The notes under the pieces are model-generated. The model was not told where the DNA came from. It did no database searches and saw only the letters and a list, made by a program, of their open reading frames with translations. Shown one piece after another: positions 41,001 to 56,000 of a stretch of 64,000 nt of DNA (position 1 is the first letter of the stretch; the number at the start of each line of letters is the position of its first letter). The stretch is from Phoronis australis. Lineage: Eukaryota > Animalia > Phoronida. The stretch spans positions 709,150-773,149 of the forward strand of contig NMRA01000059.1 of NCBI GenBank assembly GCA_002633005.1, written 5' to 3'. The position numbers were made by a program, and so were the translations under genes.

Positions 41001-44000
41001 GGCCTTCATGTCTCCAACTGCAGACGTACCGTGGCCTTCAAAGTGAATGTTGTTTGTATTGTGATTGCAGTTTAGTGAAAAACCAACACGCTTGGGTGAG
41101 AAAAACTACAAAACTTACATTTTGCTTCGTTCAATGACAGATTTAGTAGATGTAAAGGCTTACCGTAGAACTCTACATCCGTAGATCCGCCCTTCCATTC
41201 CAGAGAAGTTGAAGTTTGATCACTCGTAGCCAGAACTTTTGGAGGAAGTTTTACATCCGACTTGGTTCCTTTTGCTTGGACGGCAATATCGGCAACATTC
41301 GGTGGCTTGTAGTCAGTTGTAACATTACAAGACAAAAGTGAAGTTAGGCCAGCAGAATTCAGGGCCCGAATATTAAAAAAGTATTTTGTATTGTGGACGA
41401 GAGGCACTTTGAACGCATTTAATCGAATTCGGTTATCAAGTTTGACATTAGACCAGGTATAAACATCGTCATTTCCATGAGACGTTCCCACAGAAATCGT
41501 ATAGCTCACCACAACAGAAGCATCCTCAAAACACTCCCAGTAGGCGCCGAATGTGGTATTACTTCCTAAATAATCTATTGGTTCAGTCATAGATTTCGAT
41601 GGATCCAGGCAGAAGATTATTTCGAACTTAGGAGGTGTAATATCGACGGTGATTCCATTCGCTATGACTGTGGTTGACTCACCAACGTAGTTTATAGCTT
41701 TAGCTACAACAAAGTACACACTTGGTTGAAAGTAGTACTGCGTTTCGTTTATGTTTAAACCTTGCACGGCTTTATTTTCTCCTGAAGACAAGGAGAGCCC
41801 AGACAATGTGATTGGATAAGTGTTAAAATCGTCCGGGTTGCAGGCTGGGTTACAAGTGAAATCGCAATCACTTTTACAAGGAGCGCAGGGGCGATCAACC
41901 AACTTCAGAGGAAGCACGTCGGTGACTCCATTGTTCTTGGTTCCTATGCCCATCCACATTTCTTTGATCTTGCTCTCTTTGTCGTAGAACGCCTTGCCGA
42001 ACATACATGCCTTCGTTTTTGGAAGGGCTACATTGAAGTTTTTGAACAACGCCTCTGATGAGTAATCTGGGGGTGTCGATGGTATGTAGCTGTTACGGCT
42101 CCAAACACGAACTTGGCACTTGGTTTTGTAAGGTTTCGATATTCCGTAAAGTGCCGCACGCTCCTTGTTGGCAATTAGTAGTCGCGAGTTCCAGGTGTCT
42201 ACGCCTGACGATGCGTCTAGATCGACAGTGATCTTAAAGTCAAATGTTGAAGTGTACGGGCTGAAGTCAATTTGTGCCCATTGGTGTTTAAGTTCATCCT
42301 CTTTGCCCACAGCAAAGAACATCACATGATAGGTGCCGTTGATGTCGAAACCAAGAAAGTGCACGCCTATTGTTGGTTTAAGCTTAGCGGCATTTTTCTG
42401 TGAAAGGGATGAGTTGAAAGAAACGTTTTCTTTTAAAACTTGTTTATCCTGTCCTCCTCCTTCTGTAGCGTTTTCGGAAATATTGGCAACTTTGAGATCC
42501 GATTCTTTCGGAGTCATAGCAACAAAGGGTAAATCAAATTGAGTGAACTTAGAAATGTCAGCCTCTTCCGTTAAAACAAAGGTGGTTACCATTTCTTTAC
42601 CACCTATGCCTTTCAGAATACCACTGTAGTTCCCTTCGTTGGTGTCTTGTTCAAATTCTATGCCACTGATGTGCAAATGCTGATTGATAGTTTTTGCTTC
42701 CAAGGCAATGGCGTCGTTGCTGACCCCGACATTGGCATCGTTGTAATAAACAGACGGCTTGTCGCTACTCTGTTCAGGAATGGTGTTGTAGGCAGTTATC
42801 AGAGCCGATATTTGACCAGTTTTAATCAACGTATATGGAGTTTGAGAAGGGCAATTATCACTAACTCCAGCGTGGTCAACGCTGTAAACTGCTTTTATGG
42901 TTGTCAGAGATGTCTGGAAATAAATGCTCTTCTTCCACTCTTCGTAATGGATATTTCCTGCTACAGGTGGTGTGTTGTCTACAAATATCGGAAGGCTCCA
43001 TTTTTGAATTTTGAGACCAGCGTGATTGGTTGCAACAACTTTTACAAAATAGGGCGTTAAGATAGCCAGCTGGAGATCTTCGAACAGAATTTTCGAATTG
43101 TTTTGCACTTTTACTTCAGGATAAATCAGAGAAACGTGCTTTTCATCGAAGGTGCGATTTGGACATACAGTCTGCTGATAAAGGGACAAGCCAAAAGAGT
43201 CTATTCCACTTTCTGGGTCAGAGAAATTGTGCCATTGTACGAACATTGAATCAAAAGACGAAACGTAAGACAACAAGTCCGCAGTCTGAGTACCAACTGT
43301 GATAGTGCCGCTGACGGGGTTCGTTAAGTCAATAATCAGGCTATTAGATGTAGCTCGTTTGCAATTACCAGCCAAATCGAAAGCCCGAACGGTTGCATAA
43401 TAGGTATGCCCGTGCTTTAAAGACAGCCCTGTAAATTTTTTCAGGGCATCAGTCCCAACGGAGGTGAGCGGGGCTATGTCGTATAGCCCAGTCTCGTTTG
43501 AAATGGTACATGGCTGAGTATAAGTGGGCTCCGTAGACGAGACTGCTACGTCATACCGACGAATAGCGAGCTCTGATCCAAACGCCGTCCAAATCACTTG
43601 TATAGAGTTCGTGTTTCGCTGTGCTTTTAGAACCGTCACGACCCCAGGTATAACGGAGTCATTGTATCCAACGAAAATGCCATTTGAAGACACTGTCACC
43701 GTACTTCCAGCTTGACTGGTAGCTCGAACTGTCACGTAGTACTTGACCTTCTTCGGCGTAAGACTCAAACCCGTGAACGTGTGCTGGGTGTTCAGTCCCA
43801 CTTCTACAAACGGATGAATGTTTTGTTGCCTAGAAGCTGTAGCTTTATCGTCACCCAGCGCGACTTCGTACTTAACGATAGTCTGACTTGGATTGGTCCT
43901 AAGCGTCTTGTTCGACCTTCTGCCGAAAGATTTCCAACGCCCATGGATTTCAGAGCTTGACTGCTGATATTCAACGTCTCCCACCAACCCTTCTACCACA

Positions 44001-47000
44001 ATTCCAGGTTCCGGTGATTCGATGCTAACTTCAACGCCGTCTGATTTAGCAATGAACTTCCGTTCAATAATATCCACCAATTCAACAATTACGTAATAGG
44101 TTTTATCATTTTCTAATTTCAACGAGTCGTCATTTAGATTGCTGAAGCCAACTGGGAATGCCTTAAAAGCTTGCATTTCGAGTCCGTCTATCCTGTATAT
44201 TGCCCACCTGGCTTCTTTGAGTTCACAGCCGCCCTCAAGTTGCCAAAAGGCGTCGATTTCCGACAGTGAAACCTGGTAGGCAATATCAGATGATGTTTTG
44301 CCGTCGTTGACACGCAGTTTTGGGCTAGGGCTCACGGTTACGTAAGAGCTATGAGATTCTGTATACATGCCCACTTTGTTGTATGCCTTAACGGTAACGT
44401 ATACGCGAGAGCCAGCGTTTATCGCAAGACTTCCAATAGTGAACTTTGATGAAGTTCCGACATTGTGGAAGGGCTTAACGTCTTCTTTCCCAGGCGCAGT
44501 ACCCACTGCTGCTTCAAGCCTGATTGATAAAATAATAGACAAATATTTAACTTATTTTGTAAACTTCATATATTAAAACTTTGTATTCCTTGCACGCGTT
44601 TAAGTTGGAATTGAGTGTGCATATTCGACAACAACAAATAGTTTGGTTCATATGATGCCCATTTTCCACAAGGTGATTACTGTTTTTGTTTGATTTGTGG
44701 GAGACATAATAATTGAAATTCTGAAATGCAGCGAGTTAATACTACCAGTTTTCTACGATTGAATGACGCGTTGATTTGGCACCGAGACATTACCGTATGT
44801 ACACACAGCTCAACTCGAAAACTGACCCAACTGCCTGGCACACTTCGAGCCAACTTGCAAATTTGACTCAAACCTCACAAATCGCTGGTCACACTAGTAG
44901 GCTTCAGTTTAACACGATGTGGTTAAATTTGCGAATACAGTCCCGAGTACAATTCATTAGTGTCTGGTCCCGATGCGCTAAGCTCTGGAATTTATTTTGT
45001 CCAAAATCATTTAAGTTTCAGATTCTAGAACTCAATTAGCGTACTCAGTGTTTCTTTAGTTATCCGAAGAACTGTCCACAAGTAAACAAGTGAGATTCAC
45101 TGTAAAATGTTTTGATGTTTCAATTTTCGGGTTTTCGTATTTTAGACGTCTCGATTTTAAATAATAAATTTTATACCTCAATATCAGCCTCGAATGGGAA
45201 ATACAACCGCTAAATAACCCATTTAGTTCTTTAACGGCGTTAGATAACAGTTTGGCGGGAATCCGAGGACGTTTTCGAACCCGGTCCGCAAAAGTTTTGG
45301 GTCGTCGACTTTACCACTGCACCACTCAGCGGCTGACGTCATCGAACGTAAAAATAGAATACTTAAATGAGCACGCGCAAACAATCGCATGTTCATCAAA
45401 CGGCATTGTACCGAGTTTTATACGTCGTGAAAAACAATACAAAATGTCAATTAAAACGACATTTTTACTTCAGTAAAATTTATCTATCATTTTCTCTCAC
45501 TTGTAAATCATCGATCTCCAGTTTGAATGCGAGTAACGTGTGGTCGGGATGCTTTGACTTGGACATTAAACTCAGTAACCAGTGGTAACCTGCATTAGCA
45601 GACGATAATTTCACGGTGGAAGCTTAGCATGATAAGATGTGCAGTAAGCTAGAGTAGTTATTCAAAATAAAATTTATTTTACAGATCCAATTTAGTTGTA
45701 TATTTTTCAATTTTTTATTAGCTTTAAGTAAAACTTAATTTTAACAAGAAAAACTCGGCGTTTCTTGGAAGGTCACGACCTGTGACCTCAGGCCTCTGAC
45801 ATAGGAAGTATTTCCAAAAGCCAAGGCGAGTCGAGAAAGGTAGATCGATTCATTACAATGTTTCTCGTTCGTTCAGTATGTGGTATAAATAGATTATTAC
45901 ATTTTCTCAGTCATTATCCCTCTTATCTAGAGCCCTCGTAGATTTTGGAGAATCATCGCCCAAGGGCTCTAGATTACGGGGGATAACGACTGAGAAAATG
46001 TAATAATCTTTATGGAAGCAACATAAAAAAATTTTGGCATAGGTGACGTACATGTAAAAGCTTCTTCCCAATAAAAAGACTTTACATTGATTTGATCAGT
46101 GTGTTTCGAATTTTAATTCAAGTTAAAACTTCGAAGAATCTTTACACAACTATGTAAATTAGAGCATTAAGTACTTACCTATCGAGGCCGGTTTCCCCAT
46201 CAGTGAAGCCTGTAACCTCCACATCGACGAAAGTTTGCGAAACTTGGCACTTCGCAGAGCCGCTGGTACTTCCCGTGACTATGGAAACGGCCCCTGTGGT
46301 AGGTGGCGTCAAATCCACTTGCACTTTAGCTGGTCTCCAGGAGGACATATTGAGATGGTTCACAACATCGATCCTAACATAGATGTGACCATTCGTCAAC
46401 GATTTCAGGATAGTATTGATGTTCAGTTTCCAGCTGTTTTTAGACACGCTGACAAAACTAGATGGAATGAGATCGTCTATACCCTCTTTCTTGCCCACGC
46501 CAATTCTCACAGAGTTGATGAAGCTTTCCTTTTCATTAATGTTCCATTCGCATGCCACGATCGGAGTGGTGGGAGCGGTATAAGGCGAACATGTGAAAGA
46601 CGATATACGTGGTGGTGTGGTGTCAATGGTCAAGGCAGGGGACATGACAGACGCCCAGTTTGTTGCGGCGTCCGCGGACTCTACTGTCAAAAACCCGGTT
46701 AAAGAATTTGCGAGTGATAATTCCCCGACAGGTACAAAGTTTTCCTGCGTGACTGTAACGTTACGATGGTCGGCCAAATACGGCAATGAGCCATAACGGT
46801 ACGACGTCTGTGCCACGGATGTTTCTTTCTCCACAATTTTCCATCTATATTCTATGTTGTCAGTCTCTGACCTGTAGAGTGGCTCGTCTGAGACAACTTT
46901 AAGCTCTGCAACTTGGGTTATTTCTAAAGACGGCGCTTTACTGTCTACCACTATGCCATCTGTACTAGACACAATGAATGTTTCGTGACACCTGTGCCCT

Positions 47001-50000
47001 GTCACTGCACGAATTGTCGCATGATACTTAGCGTTGTTATCGAGGTCAACGTTCGCTTGTGCAAAACCATGTGTCTTGTTCTTCATAACAAGACCGTAAG
47101 ACGTGAAGTCCTGAATGTCAGAAAATCCCGACTTTGTTCCGATTGCCCATTGGTACGTAACGATGTTACAAGCTTCGCTTTCGAAACCCTGGAAACTCAT
47201 GGCTAGAGATGCCATATTGTTCTGCACACTTTCGTCAATGAACAGCTCTCGACCATCGTAAGCGACTCCCGGTACATTACCTTTGAGTACTTTGATTGGC
47301 TTAGAGGAAATTGACGTGGGAGATTCCGTGCCTGCTCCATTCTTTGCTTTTACCGTCACATAGTATTTGATGCCAGAGACGGCGGTAACTTGCAGGTTCA
47401 AGCCAGTTATGCGGCCATGCGTCTCGGTGCCAAAATCTTTGAAGCCACCCGTGACCGACGTGTCTCCAGGGCTAGTGCCTACACCAACGAGATAGGAAGA
47501 AATTCCACTCTGCTCATCTCTAGCCAGCCACGATGCCAGAATGTTTCGGTTCTCGATCACAATGACGGAACCGTCGACATCAACATTTTCATCGTCAGCC
47601 GTCAGACCAATGATTACCTACAATCAAACGAACCATACCTGGGCGCAGTTGCATAGAGGTTATATGCTGTATAGACCCTAATCACGCCGACAGGAGGCGC
47701 GTTCCAAAACGAGGCTCGCTACGATAGCTCTGGTGGCTTATTCGCGTAGTTGTACTCCGCGTTGCTCGAACAGCTAGAAAAAATACGGACACTCTGTTTT
47801 ACAATCCCTAAGGACGTTGGGATTCGGAAGCGTTGGGTCCTTGCCATACGCCGCGACGAAGGAAAATATGTCCGTGTAAAATTTATTACTGTTTTCGAAT
47901 CATAATTTGTCGCATCTCGGACTGGATGCCGATAGCAACGAGGACAGGAGAATCTTCGGCCAGCCAGGCTGTGTTTTCATGACTATGGGTTGAAAAGCGA
48001 TGCATTTTTCTTTACAAAAATGACAGGGCCCTCAATCCCTCAATTTTGGGTCCAAATATCGGCCCTATTCCCCTCTCAAAGAATTGAAAAATCACGCGAA
48101 ATTCCCGGCCCCGAGGCCTAAAAATACCCTTTGTGATTGAAAATTTCTCTCCAACGGTTCAAATCACCTGTGACCACAGAGGTGACAATTTGAAAAAGCA
48201 CAAAATCATAGGCAGATTTAGGGGGGCAGGGGCCGCCCCCCCCCCTTGACTCAAGCAAAATAAACCAGCAAAACGTGAAGCCGGGAGGATCGAAACTTGT
48301 ACTGAGTTCGAGCTAGGACCGGTAGCGGACGAGAGGGGGAAAACACGTTCCGTTTTATTTATTTTTAGTCCAACGACAGATTTCCTGAGCAGAAGGTATA
48401 CATCCTCGGCGCCCGCAACTTCCGGGCCGCCTGCGTGCATACAATCGCGCTTTGCCCGCTTCTCCGAGGATGTCGCCCCCCCATCACTAGGCGTATATGG
48501 TATCCTAGATCAGCCACTGAAAATGCTACTTGAGACAGAGCTATGAGAGCTTGCAAAAGGGCGGGGTACTATTGAAGGTGATCGGGAGGTCACTAGTTTT
48601 CACTGACCCGTCACTCGGCGAAACGTTCCCCTCTCAGAAGGCCGCACACACATGAGGCACCTTTCCCCTCGGATATGAACGAGGCCTCTGAAGAAACACG
48701 ATAACTATGCTTGTTCCAGGGGGGATCCAGGACTTTGAGTTGGGGGGGGGNNNNNNNNNNNNNNNNNNNNNNNNNNNNNNNNNNNNNNNNNNNNNNNNNN
48801 NNNNNNNNNNNNNNNNNNNNNNNNNNNNNNNNNNNNNNNNNNNNNNNNNNNNNNNNNNNNNNNNNNNNNNNNNNNNNNNNNNNNNNNNNNNNNNNNNNNN
48901 NNNNNNNNNNNNNNNNNNNNNNNNNNNNNNNNNNNNNNNNNNNNNNNNNNNNNNNNNNNNNNNNNNNNNNNNNNNNNNNNNNNNNNNNNNNNNNNNNNNN
49001 NNNNNNNNNNNNNNNNNNNNNNNNNNNNNNNNNNNNNNNNNNNNNNNNNNNNNNNNNNNNNNNNNNNNNNNNNNNNNNNNNNNNNNNNNNNNNNNNNNNN
49101 NNNNNNNNNNNNNNNNNNNNNNNNATATATATTTAATAACATCAAGTATTATTTCAGATCAATGACAAATCAATTGTTAGTCCCGATAGTGCCTACCTCA
49201 CCAGGACCTAGGCTATGCTTGAAGCTAATAGGCCTACTCTTGATCAACAAATTAAACCAGATGAGACTAATTGCACATGACAGCAAAATGCTATGAGCCA
49301 CCACTGTCGAATATATCTTCAAGTCGTCAACAATACGACCAGATGACCTGGTTCGTGTAGAAAGCATTTTTATCAAGAATTTATTAGAAGAAACGTAACC
49401 CTGCATTCAGCATGATACCTAATCCGTAACACTACGATCGCCGCAATTTGGTCATGTTTACTTTTCATGTTTCGAACCTAGTTTTCCGGAAAAAACCTAT
49501 ATCCTTAAGTCAGACAACTCTTTGGTGCATTGACTTGTTCTTTAACTTTAGTTTTGAACGTCTCTGTGGTTAATTATTGACACATTGTATAAAATTTAAT
49601 ATTCAGGTTGGACTCCAAACACCGGCCATTTAACTCACGCAATGTAAATTGCCGCTTAGTTTATCGCAGTGAGCCTCGCTTTGGATTTTAATGTCCGCCG
49701 CGTGAATAGAGTCTATAGCAACAACGACGTCCCATTATCACGCGCCACGCTGTTATTGTTGAAAAATTCACCTGGCGTCAACACTCAAACTCATCCAGTG
49801 GATAACTTTGGTGTTTTATGCAACCCAGCCCTGAAGTTGTTTAGCTCTGACTCACGTGAATGGTTAATAATTGAAATCGTGAATGAATTGCGGGATGCAG
49901 TATTGCAATTTCAAAATCTGATTTATAACAAATGAGAGAAATATCGCAAGAGGAATGTTGATAAACAAAGTGCACTTAGTTTTGCTAAATGTTCTAGAGA

Positions 50001-53000
50001 GCAAACATACATGTATATGTTTCTTTTTTATGGTTACAAGCCGTCAAATTACTACAATTGGTAGTAATAATAACACATTTGAACACAACTAACGTTTCTA
50101 TGAAAATTTATTAGTATTAAAAAGACCACTAGGTAGCACATAATACCTAGCACCTGCTCAAAATGAAAAAAAACCTTCTTGCCTTCTCTGCAAAATTTCT
50201 TGAAAATCTATGCACGAACTACAAAAATGAAGAACTGAATTGTCACAATGAGGCAAAGCAGTTGTCGGATCCGCCCGAAAGAATTAAGTCATCAGTTTAT
50301 AATTTCATAGGCATGCGCTTGTCATATTCACAAATATCCAGTCAGAGGTCAAGGAGATATAGGTATGGATGCAAAAACATGTGCCAGAAGGGGCGCCGCA
50401 GTAGCTGGACCCGTTCAAAAACCAACATCAGCTATCCTGTTGTCAGTTGGAAAAAATTGCGCATTAATGGATAGACAGGCAGAAGTCCAAAACATACTCC
50501 AAATGTTAAAAGTGGCCACTAAATAGAGCAGAAAACGTCTAATCCGTCTGAAAAAGAGTTTTTGTTCACTTAATGTACATTAATTTGCCAAATTTCATGA
50601 AATTCTGTCACGCAATTCCCACGATACAGAGAAACACGTTAAAATATACAATTACCACCAAGGCGGTGGTCGCACTTTGGGATCTGAAGTTGCCGTAGCA
50701 GGGATACCGTAGAATCATACGCACGAACCACCAACGAACCCAAGAATCATGCGAACAAAAATCATGGACACGCACCACAAAAATCATACCCAAGTGCATC
50801 GAATCACACGCCCGAACACTTTTTTGGCTAGCCAGGCGGTTCGTGGGTATGATTGGGATGCTCGTGCGCATGATTTGTGTTCATATGTGTGATTTGTACG
50901 CAAGAGTTTGTTCGTATGCATGATTTTTGGGATCGTAAGCTTAATTCATGGTTTCGTAAACTTAATTCATGGTTTCGTATGCATGATTCATAGGTTCATA
51001 GGCGGTTCATGCGTAAGATCCATGCTTGTGCGTATGATTCTATGATACCCCTGCGTTGGCTTACTCGTCAAATGTGATTTTAGTTTTCTGTTGCTCAACT
51101 CGCACCCTCAGTTTCAGACAGTGCTGTTCTCACGCTTGCTAAACCCCAAGGTCAACTAACACCCACTAACAGAGCAGTAACAAAACAAACGAAAAGCGCT
51201 CAGAGCCTGTCAACTACCGTCACCCTCTGCCTATCTCGTTTAATCCACAGGCACTCGAAATATAGAACTCTCGAACAACGCCCCTTATACAGACGAGTGA
51301 ATGAAATTCGGCCAAGTGAGATTTAAGCGTCTAAGGTTTGCTTGTCGGCTCTTCACGACAATGGGGACATATCGTCTGCAGTCCACATTCGTAGGAACAC
51401 AACTGGAAAATCTCATTAAGATTAAGAGTTTAGGAGATACCGCAGCGGACGCTCAACGTCGGACGCCCAGACATAGATAAAAGCAAAATGCACCCACATA
51501 TGTAGAATGTGGCAAACGTGGGTGCATAAAAATGTAAGTATCAAATGACTCAAATATATNGATTTGTACGCAAGAGTTTGTTCGTATGCATGATTTTTGG
51601 GATCGTAAGCTTAATTCATGGTTTCGTAAGCTTAATTCATGGTTTCGTATGCATGATTCATAGGTTCATAGGCGGTTCATGCGTAAGATCCATGCTTGTG
51701 CGTATGATTCTATGATACCCTTGCGTTGGCTTACTCGTCAAATGTGATTTTAGTTTTCTGTTGCTCAACTCGCACCCTCAGTTTCAGACAGTGCCGTTCT
51801 CACGCTTGCTAAACCCCAAGGTCAACTAACACCCCACTAACAGAGCAGTAACAAAACCAACGAAAAGCGCTCAGAGCCTGTCAACTACCGTCACCCTCTG
51901 CCTATCTCGTTTAATCCACAGGCACTCGAAATATAGTACTCTCGAACAACGCCCCTTATACAGACGAGTGAATGAAATTCGGCCAAGTGAGATTTAAGCG
52001 TCTAAGGTTTGCTTGTCGGCTCTTCACGACAATGGGGACATATCGTCTGCAGTCCACATTCGTAGGAACACAACTGGAAAATCTCATTAAGATTAAGAGT
52101 TTAGGAGATACCGCAGCGGACGCTCAACGTCGGACGCCCAGACATAGATAAAAGCAAAATGCACCCACATATATATAATGTGGCAAACGTGGGTGCATAA
52201 AAATGTAAGTGTCAAATGACTCAAATATATCATTAACGTGGCGCGCCTTCCAGTATCAAAGGCCCGGCACATTTCGCAACTCCAAACTGAATTTCCTATT
52301 GCTTTTCCCAAAATTTGAAAGGACTGACTTTTTGTTAGCATTTCAAAACTCACCGATCCCACCATGGAAGGGGGCGTTGTGTCAATGATGATGCCATCAG
52401 ATTCAACAGCGGTGGACAGTTGCGCCTTATTAATGGCCGTCACTTTAACAGTGTACCGAGCTCCGTTCTGTAAAACCAGCGACCGCGACACATCGAACAA
52501 TTCAGTCGGCGAGGAAGGAGTCAGAATTTCTTCGTCTTCGCTCCTCGGCCAGGCTCTTGTCTTCGTGCCGTGATAATCCATGTACATAGACAGCCTATAT
52601 TCTGTTATGCCGGATTCAGGATCAGAGAAACTCCATTTGGCATACAGGACGTCGCTTTGTGTTTGGTATTTATTTCCGTTGGCACTGTCCCTCAAATAAT
52701 TCAGTGAAGGGGGAGTCAGGTCAACAATATACCCATTTGTCGTAGTAGAAGTCACTGACCCTGCTCCGTTGCGCGCGTCAACTTTGACTTTTACTCGATC
52801 TCCGGTTTCAAACGCGAATGTGTGTCTCTCGAAGGTTTGTATTTGGCCGTTGTCAAACGTTCCACTGGGAACATTGTTGACTATCACCGTGATGTCATAT
52901 CTTGCGATACCACTTTCTGGATCGGTAAATCCACCGTAATAAGCGGACGATTCTGCTTCTTTATGGGTAAACTCCACATCCTTTCCCTGTATCAAGCCGT

Positions 53001-56000
53001 CCTTTGCCCATCCTTGAATTGGAGGTGTGATGTCGACCAGGACTGGAATTTCACGAAAATTAAGATTTCATGATCGTGTCATAAATCACTTAGAATTCAT
53101 AGCGCCGGAAAATTATAAATCTTTTCTGGACTTACTTGAGGTCTGAAAGCAACGTTTCGTCGGTAACTGTCTCGTACATGTACATCAAGCTTCTGAAACG
53201 CCGACTTGCTGAAGTGGTGCCACTTAAGACACAAACCATGGGAAACTTTTAACAACAAACAACCCCATGCATGTGATTGCGAGATTAGAGATCACGATAC
53301 TAAGTATGGCTGAATCTTGAAAAGCTTGGCAGTATCCGACGAACCATAGCGTTTACTTAATTAACATACAGTCGAAATGCGGAGGCTGAGACATGGCCTA
53401 AATAGGTCCATCCCGAAATACTTCTGCGCCCTATTTGGTTCTACCGTATTTGTCCACAAGACGGCGTCAGTAGCTGCAGTCATGCTAATAGCTACGCCAC
53501 AGCACAGGCTTGATATCTCGTATTCTCTCGCTAGAACAATTTTGTTTATGAGTTGCAATGCCGACATCCACAATTGACAAACTTAAGCTAGGGCGCGATA
53601 TAGGTTTGTGTCTTCGTCTCAGGTCAGAATCATTCAGGGACCCAACTTTTTTGGAGGGTAGGTAAATCATACAAGGGTTTTTTTCTACCTTCTTGAACAA
53701 ATATTGTTCAAGTCGAGAAACTGTTACTATTGGTGGAACATAGGAACATGTGGGAGTGTCTGAGAAGAGTTTGTAAAACGACAGTGAATCTATTTTTCTA
53801 AGAAGACAAATGTTCACATAGTAGATTAACAATATATTTTGGTCCCAGGATTTTAAAAGTCAGTCGAACTTAGTAAGGGTAAGCAGGATACGCTCTACAA
53901 ACCTCCGTCCGACGTAGCATTCACAGACTTTTTATCTGTACCCCGGTTGTATGCAATTACAGTCAGAAAGTACATGGTGTTGTGCTGAAGCGGTCGCGTC
54001 TCACAGAAAGATTTGGTATTGTGATTCACGGTTGAGGACGTGAGCGAAGAGTTTGGAGCAGGGTGTTCGCCGAAAAACACTTCGTAGCTGCAGGAAAGAA
54101 ATAAGGTATTTAGACTTTTGTAAAGAAATTGCTGAAATTACCAAGGTAGTTCGTTTGACTCAAGTTCGGTTCCCGCCGTGATGCAAGTACATGTACAAGG
54201 CTATATCTCATGTGTGAGGCGGCTCCTGTTTTATATTTTGAAGAAATAAGTTTGAACAAGATGCTCAACGCTAATTCGATATAATTATGTAGTAAGTGAT
54301 AAGAAGGGGTCCATTTTGAAGCTGGTCAAAAACAATAGAGGGCGCCTTTCAAAATGAGCTCTCATAGGAGTGAGATTCGCTGGAGCTGAATTGACTGGAA
54401 CCAGCTGCCGTCCTTCAATCAATTATGCGTTATAACATTGTCATAATAGCCCAAAAATACAACAAAACAAGGAACAGACCTTAAAGTTATAATGTACAAT
54501 AAAATACCATACACTACAACACACTAAGAGTGACAAACAAACTGGCTGACATACAAACCAAAATAAGGGTTACAAATAAAGCAAAGGAATTAATGAAAAT
54601 AAACTAGAAGAGGACAATTAATGAAAGGAAGGCACGAAAACGAGATTAACACGAACAAATTTACATTTAGTGTACCACACAGCAGTCAGTTAAAACGACT
54701 AAACCTGCCTCCCGTCACAAAACGCATCTTCGGTGCTTCGACCACATTTCGTTATGGAAATGGTTTCAATTTGTTTTTTGTCAAAAAAGGCGGGATTTAT
54801 GGACTTCGAAAGAAATGCTAATTACTCTATACCAGTAGCCAAAAGTTGACATGTCATGCTTATTACTTGTCATTGCTTGTCATTACTTGTCGTGCTTATT
54901 ACTTGTCATTGCTTGTCATTACTTGTCGTGCTTATTACTTGTCATTGCTTGTCATTACTTGTCGTGCTTATTACTTGTCATTGCTTGTCATTACTCGTCG
55001 TGCTTATTACTTGTCATTGCTTGTCATTACTCGTCATGCTTATTACTTGTCATTGCTTGTCATTACTCGTCGTGCTTATTACTTGTCATTGCTTGTCATT
55101 ACTCGTCGTGCTTATTACTTGTCATTGCTTGTCATTACTTGTCGTGCTTATTACTCTATACCAGTATCTAGAAGTTGAGTTGTCATGCTATCGCATTTTA
55201 ATCGACGAATACGGTGTCGAGCTATAACGAAAGTCGGCAAGATCAAAATTCACTTTTCATCTGCAAGGGAACAAGTTGGTATCTTCGACAGAAGGTAGAT
55301 TTATACCAGCTTAAAATATATGTATTTGCAGCGGATAGCATTTTCTTACGAACAACTACCAGCCTGATTTCTTTCAACGTTTCCACTTACCTTCCAATAC
55401 CAGAATCCTTGTCGTAAAAGTCTTTCCAGAATCCACACAACGTGGTGTTGTCAGATTGATACTTAATATCAACGTTATGGACTGCTTGACCATCACTGAC
55501 CACGCCAGCTGTAGGGGGCGTTCGGTCGATCATTATTGGATAAGGAGAATGGCCGGCCGAAAAGAGATCGACTGCATAAACAATAAACAAACACGTTTAA
55601 ATCAAGTAAAGAGACACCAGTAAATAATGTAAACTTCACTCCATATCATTTCGCAAAATCAATTAAAACTTTGGTAAGGATATACCGTCGGATTTAGGCG
55701 GAACAAACAAAGTTTTTACAGTAAAATGTGCGCGGGGTCCTCCAAACACAATGGCGGTGGCGCTTTTCTGGCAGTGTGCATAGGAGTCCTCCCGTGTGGT
55801 AAGTGATATCCTTCGTATAGGCCTTCACGGTTTGACTTCAAGTGGGCTTTGTGTATTTTTGTTATCACTGCTTTTTTAAATTGCCAGTGATAGTATCCGG
55901 TTGTCAAGTGAAGAATGTTATTATTTCGTTTCATTATTTATGGGGATATTGTGACAGAAAAAGCTGGTATAGCCAACAATACCAACATGTACACTGCCAA

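Noticed and set aside
41072-44542. 1156-aa ORF as a bacterial contaminant or intronless horizontally acquired gene
   Set aside because: It has canonical splice sites, joins neighbouring exons in phase, and lies among eukaryotic TEs.
48705-49165. ORFs made of X residues
   Set aside because: Artefacts of the N gap.
50891-52230. Near-perfect direct tandem duplication of about 670 bp
   Set aside because: The two copies are joined by a single n at 51560 and differ by a few SNPs, which is typical of an unmerged contig or haplotype overlap rather than biology.
7868-55155. Regular short repeats as possible CRISPR arrays (7868, 11629, 18287, 33729, 38008, 54852)
   Set aside because: The units are head-to-tail with no unique spacers, there are no cas genes, and the context is eukaryotic; they are minisatellites.
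54846-55227. Repetitive Cys/Leu-rich ORFs in three frames (also 7778-8344)
   Set aside because: These are stop-free by-products of minisatellites whose unit length is a multiple of 3.
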